Positions 49,102 to 59,247 are shown, counted from the stretch's first letter. The stretch is 64,000 nucleotides of DNA from Candidatus Dadabacteria bacterium (GCA_963805855.1 CAWDVW010000002.1:448001-512000), one strand, 5' to 3'. Notes: generated from the sequence alone by a model not told the origin. Numbers and translations are program-made.

Positions 49102-49125
49102 TATAGGGTTACTTCGGAGTTTTCT

Positions 49126-49935
49126 TTGATGAACGAACCGACAAAACACACAGGCACCGGTGAGCATTTAAAAGAAAACTCGTCAAGCATAAAACAAAAA
49201 GAGCAATATAACCCACCTAAGAATTATGCGCCTAAGTTTATATCAGCGATTATAAATTGGGCTGAGGGTCTGATTGAGCGATATTCAGTGTATGGCAACC
49301 CTCCTATCTATGACAATTCTATCTTCCCCTGGGTCAGAGAAGTAGATGAAGAATGGATGAAAATTAGAGCCGAGCTTGAAAATGTAATGCAAAGAAGAGA
49401 GGAGCTTCCTAATTTTCATGAAATAACAAGTCAGGCAAAACCCATTACAAACGACAATCAATGGAAAACATATATGCTCGCAGGTTATGGATTAGAAGGC
49501 GAAATGAATTCTAAGAGCTGCCCCGAAACAGCTCGTATCCTGAAGAAAATCCCTGGTATGAAAACTGCCTTTTTTTCTATACTTTCGCCAAATAAACATA
49601 TCCCTGCTCATAAGGGACCGTATAATGGGGTGCTTCGCTACCATCTAGGTCTGATAGTGCCCGAACCCCAGGAGCAATGTCGTATTCGCATCTGTGATGA
49701 AATAAAACATTGGGAAGAGGGGAAAAGCCTGATCTTTGATGACACGTTCAATCATGAGGTTTGGAATGACACATCTGGATTCCGTGCGGTTCTATTCGTT
49801 GACTTCGAAAGACCTCTGAAATTTCCTATCAATATCCTGAATCAGTTCATATTAAAAGCAGCTATATTCACACCTGTTATAAGAGAGGCTGCCGAGAACT
49901 ACAAAAGGTGGGAAAAGAGGTTTTACAAGCAGTAG
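49126..49935 (+). CDS. Aspartyl/asparaginyl beta-hydroxylase family (LpxO-like) Fe(II)/2OG dioxygenase
   Basis: CPETA, FFSILSP..HIPAHKGP, RYHLGL, WEEG..FDDTFNHEVWN, VLFVDF. Confidence 0.9.
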   Translation: MMNEPTKHTGTGEHLKENSSSIKQKEQYNPPKNYAPKFISAIINWAEGLIERYSVYGNPPIYDNSIFPWVREVDEEWMKIRAELENVMQRREELPNFHEITSQAKPITNDNQWKTYMLAGYGLEGEMNSKSCPETARILKKIPGMKTAFFSILSPNKHIPAHKGPYNGVLRYHLGLIVPEPQEQCRIRICDEIKHWEEGKSLIFDDTFNHEVWNDTSGFRAVLFVDFERPLKFPINILNQFILKAAIFTPVIREAAENYKRWEKRFYKQ

Positions 49936-49988
49936 GGCCCTTCGAGAAATCGAATGGTTTTTAATTTATACTTGCGCTACTTCTTTTT

Positions 49989-50129
49989 TCATCGCTCCTC
50001 ATTGCTATTATTGTCAACTAAAACAGCTGCAGAATCGGGATTTCTAAACAGCATCGTGAAGCAAAAAACAAGTATCCCAATTATAAGACCCCACGAGGAA
50101 ATCATAAATATGAAAGCATCAAGCTCCAT
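49989..50129 (-). CDS. MetS-like small subunit of the NSS transporter (46 aa, not in ORF track)
   Basis: [46 protein letters not shown]; single TM; start overlaps the transporter 3' end. Confidence 0.7.
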   Translation of the reverse strand: MELDAFIFMISSWGLIIGILVFCFTMLFRNPDSAAVLVDNNSNEER

Positions 50130-51675
50130 AACCTTCTTTCTTCTTCCTCCTTTCTGCAACGAATACAAGTACTGCTAGAAATATAAATAGCCCTATTAAA
50201 TATACTCTAGCGACCCAGATTGTCCAGTCAGGCTTTTCAATTAATTTGGGAAGTGCTTTGTAACCCCAGGTTCCAAGTAATATCATTAGATAACAAGGTG
50301 TGACATATCTTAGTATGTAATAGAATACCCTCGGGATTTTAATTATTCCCTCTCTATTTATCTCTTCCCATGCCCTATTACCGCCGAAAACCCACATAAA
50401 TATGATAAGCTCTAAAAATCCAAACAAAACGATACCTATTGTACCAGCCCAAAAGTCCATCTCATCAAGTGTTTTATTTACGAATATTATCAAGGGTGCG
50501 CTTATAAGAATAATAGCCCCAGTGAACAGAACAGCAGTTCTCCTTGATAGCCTAAACTCGTCTTGAAAAAACGATATTACTGGTTGGGTAAGAGCAACGG
50601 AAGAGGTCAATCCCGCGAAAAAAAGCAAAAGAAACCATAAAAAGCCTAAAAATTTACCGGCCGGAATACTCGCAAATATTGCCGGAAGGCTGATGAACCC
50701 CAGGTTGAACGCCCCGGATTTCGCAATTGATACAGCTCCTGCGACGCCAAAAAAAGCAACCGCTGCAGGAATAGCAATTGATCCACCGAGCACCACCTCT
50801 GCAGTCTCATTAAGGGAGGCGGCAGTAAGTCCGCTCAGGGTTATATCCTGGTCCTGTCTCACGTATGATGCATATGTTATGATAGCTCCAAAGCCAAGGC
50901 TAAGAGTAAAAAATATCTGCCCCGCCGCTGCAATCCAGACATCTGGAGATCTAAGGGCAGCAAGGTTTGGGTTCCACAAAAAATTTAGCCCCTGAATCGC
51001 AGTCCCATACTGAGTCTTTAAGGTCAATACACGAACAAATAATACCAAGGCCAGGACAAAGAGAGAAGGCAATGCTATCTTTGCCACGATTTCAATTCCT
51101 TTTGAAATACCCCTTATAAGTATTGAGATATTCAGTGCGTACGTAACAATAAAGGCTGAATAGGCCATTAGGGACGGATAGAAAAAATTCCCTCCTCTGA
51201 CGCCTATATAATCGTTAAGGAAATCACTGAAGGGCTTTAGGTAACCCTCGACATGCAAAGCTGGACTATTCGGCAACTCTGGACTATAACCAATTAGAAA
51301 GGATATAGAATATCCCAGCGCCCAGGACTCAATATAAATATAGTAAACCGCCACTACGAGTGGTATCCATAAGCCAAATACACCCACAAATTTAGCAATC
51401 GGACTATTCCACAATAGACTAAAAATTGCCGGAGAAGTGCCATGTCCCCTAGCCCCTCCATACCTTCCCATTCCCCATTCAACCCACATAAGCGGAATCC
51501 CAATGATAAAGAAAGCGATAATATAAGGTATCATGAAGGCACCGCCCCCGTTTTCTGCGGCTTGGACGGGAAACCGCAAGAAATTTCCCAAACCAATTGC
51601 ATTGCCAGCCATGGCTAGAATAAGTCCAGTCCTGCTTAGCCAAAACTCTCTTTGATTGGTATCTCTTGTTGACAC
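50119..51675 (-). CDS. Sodium-dependent transporter, NSS (LeuT-like) family
   Basis: [49 protein letters not shown]. Confidence 0.95.
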   Translation of the reverse strand: MSTRDTNQREFWLSRTGLILAMAGNAIGLGNFLRFPVQAAENGGGAFMIPYIIAFFIIGIPLMWVEWGMGRYGGARGHGTSPAIFSLLWNSPIAKFVGVFGLWIPLVVAVYYIYIESWALGYSISFLIGYSPELPNSPALHVEGYLKPFSDFLNDYIGVRGGNFFYPSLMAYSAFIVTYALNISILIRGISKGIEIVAKIALPSLFVLALVLFVRVLTLKTQYGTAIQGLNFLWNPNLAALRSPDVWIAAAGQIFFTLSLGFGAIITYASYVRQDQDITLSGLTAASLNETAEVVLGGSIAIPAAVAFFGVAGAVSIAKSGAFNLGFISLPAIFASIPAGKFLGFLWFLLLFFAGLTSSVALTQPVISFFQDEFRLSRRTAVLFTGAIILISAPLIIFVNKTLDEMDFWAGTIGIVLFGFLELIIFMWVFGGNRAWEEINREGIIKIPRVFYYILRYVTPCYLMILLGTWGYKALPKLIEKPDWTIWVARVYLIGLFIFLAVLVFVAERRKKKEGYGA

Positions 51676-51997
51676 GTTGTTTTCTCGAAAAAAACCTTCT
51701 TATTTTAAGTAAATATTTCCCATATGCAAGAAGAACAGTCACATAGATAAGCACTCTAATTCACAATAGTTTCCTGCTGTCACAGCCAAATTTCTCGTTT
51801 CCTTCTTGAACATCTCTCTTAAATAGGATCTTATTTTATAATTGCTTCAAATTCCCAGAAAGAAAATAAATGAGTCTAATTCAAAAGTTAATAAATACTC
51901 TTGACAAACCTATGAATACCCTTATCTTAATATCCTTCTTATTGATAGTGTACGATTGCCAAATCCAGAAAATCTAAATAAGTCAGGATCAGAACTT

Positions 51998-52510
51998 ATG
52001 GCCCAAAAGAAAAATCTCAGAAAACCTAAAAAAGTAATGAAAGATAAGCAGATTCCAAAAAAAACATCTAAGAAAAAAGCTACGAAACCACTTTCCAAAA
52101 TTAAGAAAGTGGCCAAAGCAACTACCAAACAGAAGAAAAACAAAGGAAAACCATCACAATCGCGATTCAAGAATCAAATCAAAGACATCCTCTTCCAGAT
52201 GAGAAAGGAGCTCATTGAGGACGTTTCTCAATCTATCAAGGCAGAATCCGATTATCTCAGGTTTGACGTAGGGGACTTTTACGACCATGCAACGAGCGAT
52301 AGGGCTCGAGAGTTGTCTCTCATGCTCACCGACCGAGAACGTCAGAAGCTCGTACAGATAGAAGAAGCCCTTAAGAAAATCGATGAAGGAAGTTACGGAG
52401 TTTGCGAAAGCTGTGGTGACGACATAGACGATGAGAGGTTAATAGCAATGCCATTCGCAAAACTTTGCCTTTCATGCAAAATTGATTTAGAAAGGCAGGG
52501 CAATCTATAG
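51998..52510 (+). CDS. DksA/TraR family C4 zinc-finger protein with Lys-rich N-terminal extension
   Basis: GDFYDHA, YGVCESCG..RL.AMP..LCLSC; ATG 51998; TTGACA-16-TATCTT at 51901-28. Confidence 0.9.
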   Translation: MAQKKNLRKPKKVMKDKQIPKKTSKKKATKPLSKIKKVAKATTKQKKNKGKPSQSRFKNQIKDILFQMRKELIEDVSQSIKAESDYLRFDVGDFYDHATSDRARELSLMLTDRERQKLVQIEEALKKIDEGSYGVCESCGDDIDDERLIAMPFAKLCLSCKIDLERQGNL

Positions 52511-52513
52511 TCA

Positions 52514-53548
52514 CTACAGCAGCGCTTTTAGACTTACCGTATACGGTGCCATTGCTATACCCTTTTCTGTAATAATAGAAGTTACATTCTCATTTGGGGT
52601 AATATCAAAGGCGGGGTTTAATACGTTGACTTCAGGAGCAATACGACTGCCCATTATATGGGTAATTTCCTTTTTATCACGTTCCTCAATCGGGATTAGC
52701 TCCCCACTCGGGCAATTAAAATCTATTGTAGACGTAGGGGCGGCTACATAAAACGGAATCCCGTGAACCTTTGCCAGAACAGATAGTGCATAGGTCCCGA
52801 TCTTATTGGCAACATCTCCATTTGAGGCAATCCTATCTGCCCCAACGATAACAGCATCTATCATGCCTTTGCTTATGACATATCCCGCCATACCATCCGT
52901 TATTAGTGAAACCGGCACTCCGTCTTTATCCAACTCCCATGCGGTAAGCCTGGCGCCCTGGAGAAACGGCCTAGTCTCCGTCGCAATCACCTTAATCCTT
53001 TTTCCACTTTCGAATGCATTCCTCACAACCCCAAGGGCGGTTCCATAATCTGCGGTCGCTAGAGAACCGGCATTGCAGTGTGTAAGAATAACGGAGCCAT
53101 CCTCAATAAGCTGTCCGCCCACACTGCCGATCTTCTTACATATGTCTACATCCTCTTCATATACCCTCTTTGCCTCTTCAACCAACCTCATTTTTATAAA
53201 ATCAATATCCTCTTCATGACTCTTGTCTACTACATCCTTCATTCTACTCAACGCCCAGAAAAGATTCACAGCCGTGGGCCTAGTTTTTGACAGTTCAGTG
53301 GATATTTCTTCGATCTCTCGAAGAAATTCGGCCTTATTCTTCCTTTCGCTTTTCAATGCGCCAAGCGCAACCCCCATCGCGGTAGCAACACCGATAGCGG
53401 GAGCACCGCGTATAACCATTTCTTTTATCGCCCTAGCTACATCTTTATATGTTAGACATTCTACGTAAACTTCCTCCACAGGTAATTTCGTCTGATCTAT
53501 CATCACTACCCTATCATCTTTCCATTCAATTGTTTTAAAGGAAGACAT
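52514..53548 (-). CDS. mtnA: S-methyl-5-thioribose-1-phosphate isomerase
   Basis: RGAPAIG, TRPTAVNL, LTHCNAG, ETRP..QGARLT, GADRI, NKIGTY, NPAFDITP. Confidence 0.96.
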   Translation of the reverse strand: MSSFKTIEWKDDRVVMIDQTKLPVEEVYVECLTYKDVARAIKEMVIRGAPAIGVATAMGVALGALKSERKNKAEFLREIEEISTELSKTRPTAVNLFWALSRMKDVVDKSHEEDIDFIKMRLVEEAKRVYEEDVDICKKIGSVGGQLIEDGSVILTHCNAGSLATADYGTALGVVRNAFESGKRIKVIATETRPFLQGARLTAWELDKDGVPVSLITDGMAGYVISKGMIDAVIVGADRIASNGDVANKIGTYALSVLAKVHGIPFYVAAPTSTIDFNCPSGELIPIEERDKKEITHIMGSRIAPEVNVLNPAFDITPNENVTSIITEKGIAMAPYTVSLKALL

Positions 53549-53617
53549 CTCGACGACCTCTCGTACAAGACTGGTTAACTCATGCAAATTTTTCTTAAGT
53601 TTACGCCAGTCAAGATT

Positions 53618-54490
53618 TTAATCAACACCGAAAACCAGGGCTATCCAATCTCCATCCCTGAACTCTTCCCGTAAGACTAATGAAGTCGTCTCCATTCCAG
53701 AAAGCAGCTCATCCCTCCTCGAAAACGGGATTCCCGACAATATCAGTAAGCCCGCCTGGCCCAACCTAGATTCGAGCTCATCCCTCATATGTAGCAACTC
53801 CTCCACTGATATATTCGCGATCATCAAATCAAATTTTCCTTTAATGCTTTCTATGTATCCACAAACCAGATTCACCTTGTCAGAAATCGAGTTTCTTTTT
53901 AAATTCTCTTCTGCCTCCTTCACCGCAACTTTGTCCATATCAAAGGCGACAACTCGCTTCGCGCCAAGTTTCGCCGCAACGATCGAAAGTATTCCGCTTC
54001 CACAACCCGCATCGAGTACTCTCTTAGAATAGGGAGCGTCAAGTAATCGCTCGATAAGCCTTATACACAGTGTTGTTGATTCGTGATGACCGGTCCCAAA
54101 AGCCAGCGAAGGGTTAATTTCAATTACGATTTCCGAATCGGTGGGATGATATTTTTCCCACGGAGGTCTTATGATTATCCTGTCGCTGATCCTTACTTGT
54201 TTCAATTTCTTCTTCCACAAGTCCCAACTCGATTTATCAAGCTCCTCTGTTTTTATATTATCAACAGAAAACCCCTCCATAATACTTTGCAAAAAGCCGA
54301 CGTAATCCTCTAGCCTCTCCATGACATGATTAATATCAATCGCCTGCGAGAAATATCCAGAGACCTCGACTTTCCCGTTATCCAGTAGATCCTCAGCAAC
54401 AGAAAATGCATCGAGTCCGAGAAGAAAATCGGAAAGTAATGACTTGCCCTCTCCGCGGACAATGATAGACAATTTCACCAGCTTAAGCAT
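53618..54490 (-). CDS. prmA: Ribosomal protein L11 methyltransferase
   Basis: PSLAFGTGHHEST, LDAGCGSGILSI, IANI, ILSGI. Confidence 0.93.
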   Translation of the reverse strand: MLKLVKLSIIVRGEGKSLLSDFLLGLDAFSVAEDLLDNGKVEVSGYFSQAIDINHVMERLEDYVGFLQSIMEGFSVDNIKTEELDKSSWDLWKKKLKQVRISDRIIIRPPWEKYHPTDSEIVIEINPSLAFGTGHHESTTLCIRLIERLLDAPYSKRVLDAGCGSGILSIVAAKLGAKRVVAFDMDKVAVKEAEENLKRNSISDKVNLVCGYIESIKGKFDLMIANISVEELLHMRDELESRLGQAGLLILSGIPFSRRDELLSGMETTSLVLREEFRDGDWIALVFGVD

Positions 54491-54678
54491 TATTCCTTCT
54501 CAACAGCTTATGTTTATTTAAATTAATTATACACGAGTAAGGAGATCACTTTTGCCTCTATTTGCGGGTAACGATACTCTCTTGCGGCTTGGATGAGAGA
54601 AGGATTCTAAAGGTTAAGCCTTTTGGAGATTGAGAATATGTACATTTACAGATCATCCTGAAATGATATAATTTCGTC

Positions 54679-55041
54679 ATGGAGTTTTCGAAGCGCCTGT
54701 TTTTCAAGGACCTGTTAGAAGGAAAAATAAATCAGCTTTTAGGCTCTGCTGGAAAAACCATGAGTCAAATGATCAAAGAAGGTGACCCTTTTCCCGACCC
54801 AGTCGACAGAGCAATGTCTGAATCCGGAAGAAACATTGAGCTAAGAAAACGCGATCGAGAAAGAAAGCTGATTCAAAAAATTGCCAAAGCAATTCAAAAA
54901 ACCGAAGATGGAACCTATGGTGTTTGCGAAGAATGTGGAAACGAGATCTCGGAAAGTAGGCTTAGAGTGAGACCGGAAGCGACACTTTGCATTAAATGCA
55001 AAGAAGAACAAGAAGAAAAAGAAAAGCAGTTTGGTTTATAA
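54679..55041 (+). CDS. dksA: RNA polymerase-binding factor DksA
   Basis: FPDPVDRA, RDRERKLI, YGVCEECG..RL.VRP..LCIKCK. Confidence 0.92.
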   Translation: MEFSKRLFFKDLLEGKINQLLGSAGKTMSQMIKEGDPFPDPVDRAMSESGRNIELRKRDRERKLIQKIAKAIQKTEDGTYGVCEECGNEISESRLRVRPEATLCIKCKEEQEEKEKQFGL

Positions 55042-55056
55042 AGCAATTACGTACCT

Positions 55057-55512
55057 TCATCTTTTCCCACCAAAAACAAAACCATCAAGGAAGTCGGCAT
55101 CCGATTCTTTAATTATTCTCCATTTACCGTCAATCTTCTCAAATACGAGGTTTTCACTAAGCCTGAAGGCACCCTTATCTTTATCAATTCGTAATTTCAC
55201 GTCCGTTCTCTGTGCGACATTCGCCCTATTACCCTCTATATATATGCTTTGATCCTTGCTACTTATTTGAATATCATCAAAAAGCGATACGTTTGTCTCA
55301 AACTGCTTCTTTAACTTATCAATATCAATGACCTCGCCATTTTTATCCACGCGGTAGCCAGGCGAGATACATTCGAGATAGAGTTCGAGGTTCTTAGTTT
55401 CTAATGCCCTCTGCCTTTGCGAAAGTACTGATTCTATCTCTTTTCTATCGGAGTTACCGCAAGAACCGACCAAGACTATCAAGCATATAAAGAGTAAGGA
55501 TATTCTGATCAT
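55057..55512 (-). CDS. NTF2-like (DUF4440/SnoaL-type) lipoprotein
   Basis: VGSC lipobox; C-terminal LVFEKIDGKWRI; overlaps the bamD stop. Confidence 0.75.
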   Translation of the reverse strand: MIRISLLFICLIVLVGSCGNSDRKEIESVLSQRQRALETKNLELYLECISPGYRVDKNGEVIDIDKLKKQFETNVSLFDDIQISSKDQSIYIEGNRANVAQRTDVKLRIDKDKGAFRLSENLVFEKIDGKWRIIKESDADFLDGFVFGGKR

Positions 55513-56321
55513 CCCTCTTTCGATTCTTCTTTAGCGTTGGTGTCAATTTTCTGAAGTAAAGTTTCCGCCTTTCTGCGGTATTCCGTATCGGGAAATTCAT
55601 CTACAACCCGCTTAAGTGTAGCTCTAGCCAGGATATTATCACCCATTCTGAAATAAGAATTTCCTAAAAGATACAGCGCTTTTTCAAACTCTTTTGTATC
55701 ACTATACTGGCTCACAACCACATTATATCTATTTGCGGCAGCTTTGAAATTTTTTCTCTTCGAATAATAATTACCTATGTATATTTCACGCATTGCGAGC
55801 CTGTTACGACATTCTGAAATCTTTTCATTAGCCTTGCCTATCAGAGGCGATTCCGGATATTTTTCAACAAAAAATTCAAACCATTTCAGTGCTTCTCTGG
55901 TACTGGTAGGATCCCTATCCGGCTTTTTCACCTGCCTATAGTGCGAAAGCGCTAACCTGTAGGTCGCATATGAGGCTTCATCGCTTCCCGGATGGCGTTT
56001 TAAGAATTCTTCGTATTCTATAGCCGCTTGCTCATACTCCTCTTTTTTAAAATAGGCGTCAGCAGTCTTAAGTTCGGCAAGAATAGAGTACTTGCTATAT
56101 GGATCTCTTAGTTGTATTTCCTTTAACATCTTGAACAAGGTTTTATAATCCGTTCCGGTAAATATCCAGGGAAATCCCCTCTTTTCACTTTCAAGCATCT
56201 CAACAGCCTGCTGATACAGTTGTTCATCACTCAGCCCCTGATCAATTCTCTTTTTCCCACAGCCGAATGATAAGAGGACCAATAGTGTTAAAGCTATGGA
56301 TAGGACCTTAGACGAATTCAT
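55509..56321 (-). CDS. bamD: Outer membrane protein assembly factor BamD
   Basis: SFGC lipobox, TPR helices, PYS, F..RHP, DRDP, E.YIGNYY, AAANRY. Confidence 0.9.
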   Translation of the reverse strand: MNSSKVLSIALTLLVLLSFGCGKKRIDQGLSDEQLYQQAVEMLESEKRGFPWIFTGTDYKTLFKMLKEIQLRDPYSKYSILAELKTADAYFKKEEYEQAAIEYEEFLKRHPGSDEASYATYRLALSHYRQVKKPDRDPTSTREALKWFEFFVEKYPESPLIGKANEKISECRNRLAMREIYIGNYYSKRKNFKAAANRYNVVVSQYSDTKEFEKALYLLGNSYFRMGDNILARATLKRVVDEFPDTEYRRKAETLLQKIDTNAKEESKEG

Positions 56322-56684
56322 TTTATTAATTAGGTTTTAAATTGTTGGCGTGGTAACAGTTTCGTAACAATATACCAATTATGAAGGTATTAAACAACTG
56401 GAGCTTGTGCCCCTTTGCACCATGACGTTTACCGTGTTGGGTGTAACGGGAACCCTATCTCATGGATCTTTCTCCCTTTTGGTACTCCAATTGTCAAATT
56501 AACCAAGTATAATCATTAGATTTTCATAAACATAACCTATTAGAATTATTAATACTAATTTTGCCTAAAAATTCGAACGCCATTTTGTAACGGGATCAAA
56601 ATTTCATTATATTTCTGTTAATTACAGTCCGTGAATTCAAACCTTTATAAAGATTACGAAATAGTATAGATAAGTAGCTATAGA

Positions 56685-57707
56685 ATGGTCAGATTTATCG
56701 ACGAGGCAAAAATAAATGTTCGATCAGGCAGAGGTGGTAATGGATGTGTGAGCTTCAGGCGTGAAAAGTTCGTCCCCCGAGGAGGTCCAAACGGGGGCGA
56801 CGGAGGTAATGGTGGAGACGTTGTGCTCAAAGCCGCAGCAAATAAGAATTCCCTCCTTGACTTCAGATATAAACAGCACTACAGGGCAAGAAATGGTCAG
56901 CATGGAAGGGGCAAGAATCAGCACGGGAAAACAGCTCCATCCCTGACAATCCCGGTTCCGATGGGCACCGTCGTCAAGAACTATGAAACGGACGAAATCA
57001 TGGGGGATCTTGTATCAGACGGTCAAGAAATAGTAGTGGCGAAGGGTGGACGGGGAGGAAGGGGGAATTCACACTTTAAAACGTCAGTAAACAGGGCCCC
57101 AAAGTATGCTGAGCAGGGTGGAGAAGAGGAAGAAAAGACCATCAAGCTCGAGCTCAAACTCCTTGCCGACGTAAGCGTGATTGGTTTCCCGAATGCGGGA
57201 AAATCGAGCCTGATCACCAAAATTTCTGCAGCACGTCCAAAAGTCGCAGACTATCCCTTTACGACACTCATCCCAAATCTAGGAGTCGTAAGCTACGACG
57301 AAGGGAAGACATTTGTAGTAGCCGACGTCCCCGGTTTGATAAAAGGGGCACATACGGGCGCTGGTTTGGGCATAACATTCCTAAAACACATAGAAAGAAC
57401 AAAGATTATTATTCACCTTATCGATATATCACCCCTTACCAAACGAGATCCTGTAGGAGACTACAAAATCTTGAACAATGAGCTCGAAGCGTATAGTCCC
57501 GACCTTAAAAAAAAGCCTCAGATTGTCGCCTTAAACAAGATCGATCTCAGGGAAGCAAATAAACGACTGGTGGAGATAAGAAAAAAATTTAAAAAAATTG
57601 GAGTCGAAGTCTTCCCCATTTCAGCCGTAACCGGCGAGGGAATAAATGAGCTTATAAAACAGACGGCCAGGGAATTAAAAGTCGTTGAACCAGATAATTC
57701 TAAATAG
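56685..57707 (+). CDS. obgE: GTPase Obg/CgtA
   Basis: FRREKFVPRGGPNGGDGG, GFPNAGKS, DYPFTT, DVPG, NKID, ISA. Confidence 0.98.
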   Translation: MVRFIDEAKINVRSGRGGNGCVSFRREKFVPRGGPNGGDGGNGGDVVLKAAANKNSLLDFRYKQHYRARNGQHGRGKNQHGKTAPSLTIPVPMGTVVKNYETDEIMGDLVSDGQEIVVAKGGRGGRGNSHFKTSVNRAPKYAEQGGEEEEKTIKLELKLLADVSVIGFPNAGKSSLITKISAARPKVADYPFTTLIPNLGVVSYDEGKTFVVADVPGLIKGAHTGAGLGITFLKHIERTKIIIHLIDISPLTKRDPVGDYKILNNELEAYSPDLKKKPQIVALNKIDLREANKRLVEIRKKFKKIGVEVFPISAVTGEGINELIKQTARELKVVEPDNSK

Positions 57708-57729
57708 TACAACCTTCACTCAATGCTAT

Positions 57730-57895
57730 TTTTTAATGGCCTTCCAAAAATTGCGTTAAGAAAATCGCGAACGAAGACGTATAGAAAAATTTGCGGGATG
57801 CGGTTGAATTAAATTTTTTAGTCGGAGTTCATGATTTTCAGCAAATTTTTGGGCAGCCTTGATTTTTGTTTCTTTGTATCAAGACAAAGAAAGAA
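57730..57895. repeat. About 165-bp intergenic element related (inverted) to 30150-30350
   Basis: 36-bp identity at 57857-57892; similar distal end (TTAACG..AATTTT..GCCATT on the opposite strand). Confidence 0.65.
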
Positions 57896-58003
57896 AAAAA
57901 TAGGCAATAGAAGATAGGTGAATAGCCCCGTGGGAAGCCGGGGCGGATTCGCGACTTCATTAAGCCTATTCTGAGCTATTCAAGAAAATTTACATCTCTC
58001 TTT

Positions 58004-58312
58004 TCAGGCCTCTATTTCTTTGTTGATCCTCTCGGCTGTTTTTTTCGCGTCTATTATCGCATAAATCCACAATATAAGCCCGGCCACGGTATAACCTAGA
58101 ACGATGTATAATGCTGACATGTCGGACATCGACCCCCCGGACTCCATAATAGCCTCGAGCGGGCTAATTAAAAGGTAATTGATAATCAAATTGAGAACGA
58201 TAAGAACCACGCCCTTCGGTATCTGCTTGACATATATCTGACCAAGACCAGGAAATATCGCAGAGAGAATAAGGGCAATTGTAGGATTCTTCCTTTTTTG
58301 TTCGTCAGCCAT
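58004..58312 (-). CDS. Small membrane protein (TM2/DUF5683-like); probable start ATG 58312
   Basis: KNPTIALILSAIFPGLGQIY..KG, WIYAIIDA. Confidence 0.8.
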   Translation of the reverse strand: MADEQKRKNPTIALILSAIFPGLGQIYVKQIPKGVVLIVLNLIINYLLISPLEAIMESGGSMSDMSALYIVLGYTVAGLILWIYAIIDAKKTAERINKEIEA

Positions 58313-58472
58313 TTTTTTTATCTCCATATGAATAATGATCTCTATTTTCGCATTTTTTAAGACATATTCTAACACATAAAGAGAAAACTTTATCCGTTAT
58401 ACTCTGCTTTGATTATTTGTCTGATAAGACGTACAATAAATAGCATCCCCAGTCAAAAGGAATCCTAAGAGT

Positions 58473-58874
58473 ATCTCAAAAACTGTCACGCTCACCGTAG
58501 ACCCTATTATAATCACAAGCGATAAAAAATTAATCCTGGTAAAAAGGAGTTTTGACCCCTACAAGGACTGCTGGGCATTTCCGGGAGGAATCGTTGAATA
58601 TGGCGAAACTGTCGAGAGTGCGGCAATTAGAGAAGCAAAGGAGGAAACCGGTCTCGATGTAAGAATAGAAAGACTTCTGGGAGTCTATTCCGATCCAAAG
58701 AGAGACCCCAGGGGTCATTACGTGTCGGTTTGTTTTCTATGCGAACCGGTGGGTGGAACATTAAAGACCAGTGAGGAAACAAAAGAGGTAAAGGGATTTA
58801 CAAAAGAGGACTTGATATCCGTAAAACTCGCATTTGATCATAGAAAGATCCTGGACGACCAAAATTTAGTCTGA
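58473..58874 (+). CDS. Nudix hydrolase (ADP-ribose pyrophosphatase-like) lacking an ATG/GTG/TTG start; not in ORF track
   Basis: LTVDPII..LVKR..WAFPGGIVEYGETVESAAIREAKEETGL..YSDPKRDPRGH..LAFDH; ATC at 58473 is in the expected start position. Confidence 0.85.
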   Translation: MSKTVTLTVDPIIITSDKKLILVKRSFDPYKDCWAFPGGIVEYGETVESAAIREAKEETGLDVRIERLLGVYSDPKRDPRGHYVSVCFLCEPVGGTLKTSEETKEVKGFTKEDLISVKLAFDHRKILDDQNLV

Positions 58875-58958
58875 ATTATCAAAATCATATTTGAGAATTG
58901 TTATTTAAACCACATAATTTTAAATTCAACCTTACCTACTAAATTATGCGACAACCCA

Positions 58959-59198
58959 CCGTTCATCCTGAGCTCCGTCGAAGGATGGTAAGCCCTAGGT
59001 ATCATCACACTTCGACAGGATCAGCGTGAACGGATTTACCTGCTAACAGACCAATCGATAGGCGGGGTTTTCCAACCCCGCATCAACGCCTCTGCACCCT
59101 TCGACGGAGCTCAGGGTGATCGGGTTGGATGATGACATTTTTTTGGAGGCACTGACACTAGCTGATAATTGCAATGTAGCGGCGGACTTGAAGGCTCC
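58959..59198. repeat. Cluster of short palindromic repeats
   Basis: CCGTTCATCCTGAGCTCCGTCGAAGG / CTTCGACAGGATCAGCGTGAACGG pair; GATAGGCGGGGTTTTCCAACCCCGC; CCCTTCGACGGAGCTCAGGGTGA; GTAG repeat at 59176. Confidence 0.75.
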
Positions 59199-59247
59199 AA
59201 ATCTATCTTGCGACGATGGCGTGAACCACAGAACAGGCTAAAGAGGA

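Noticed and set aside
56443-56595. TGTAACGGGA direct repeat between bamD and obgE
   Set aside because: Only two 10-bp copies about 143 bp apart; could be a regulator site but not distinguishable from chance
57920-57985. GC-rich hairpin as SRP RNA or tRNA
   Set aside because: No SRP domain IV loop or cloverleaf; more likely a terminator or repeat between convergent genes
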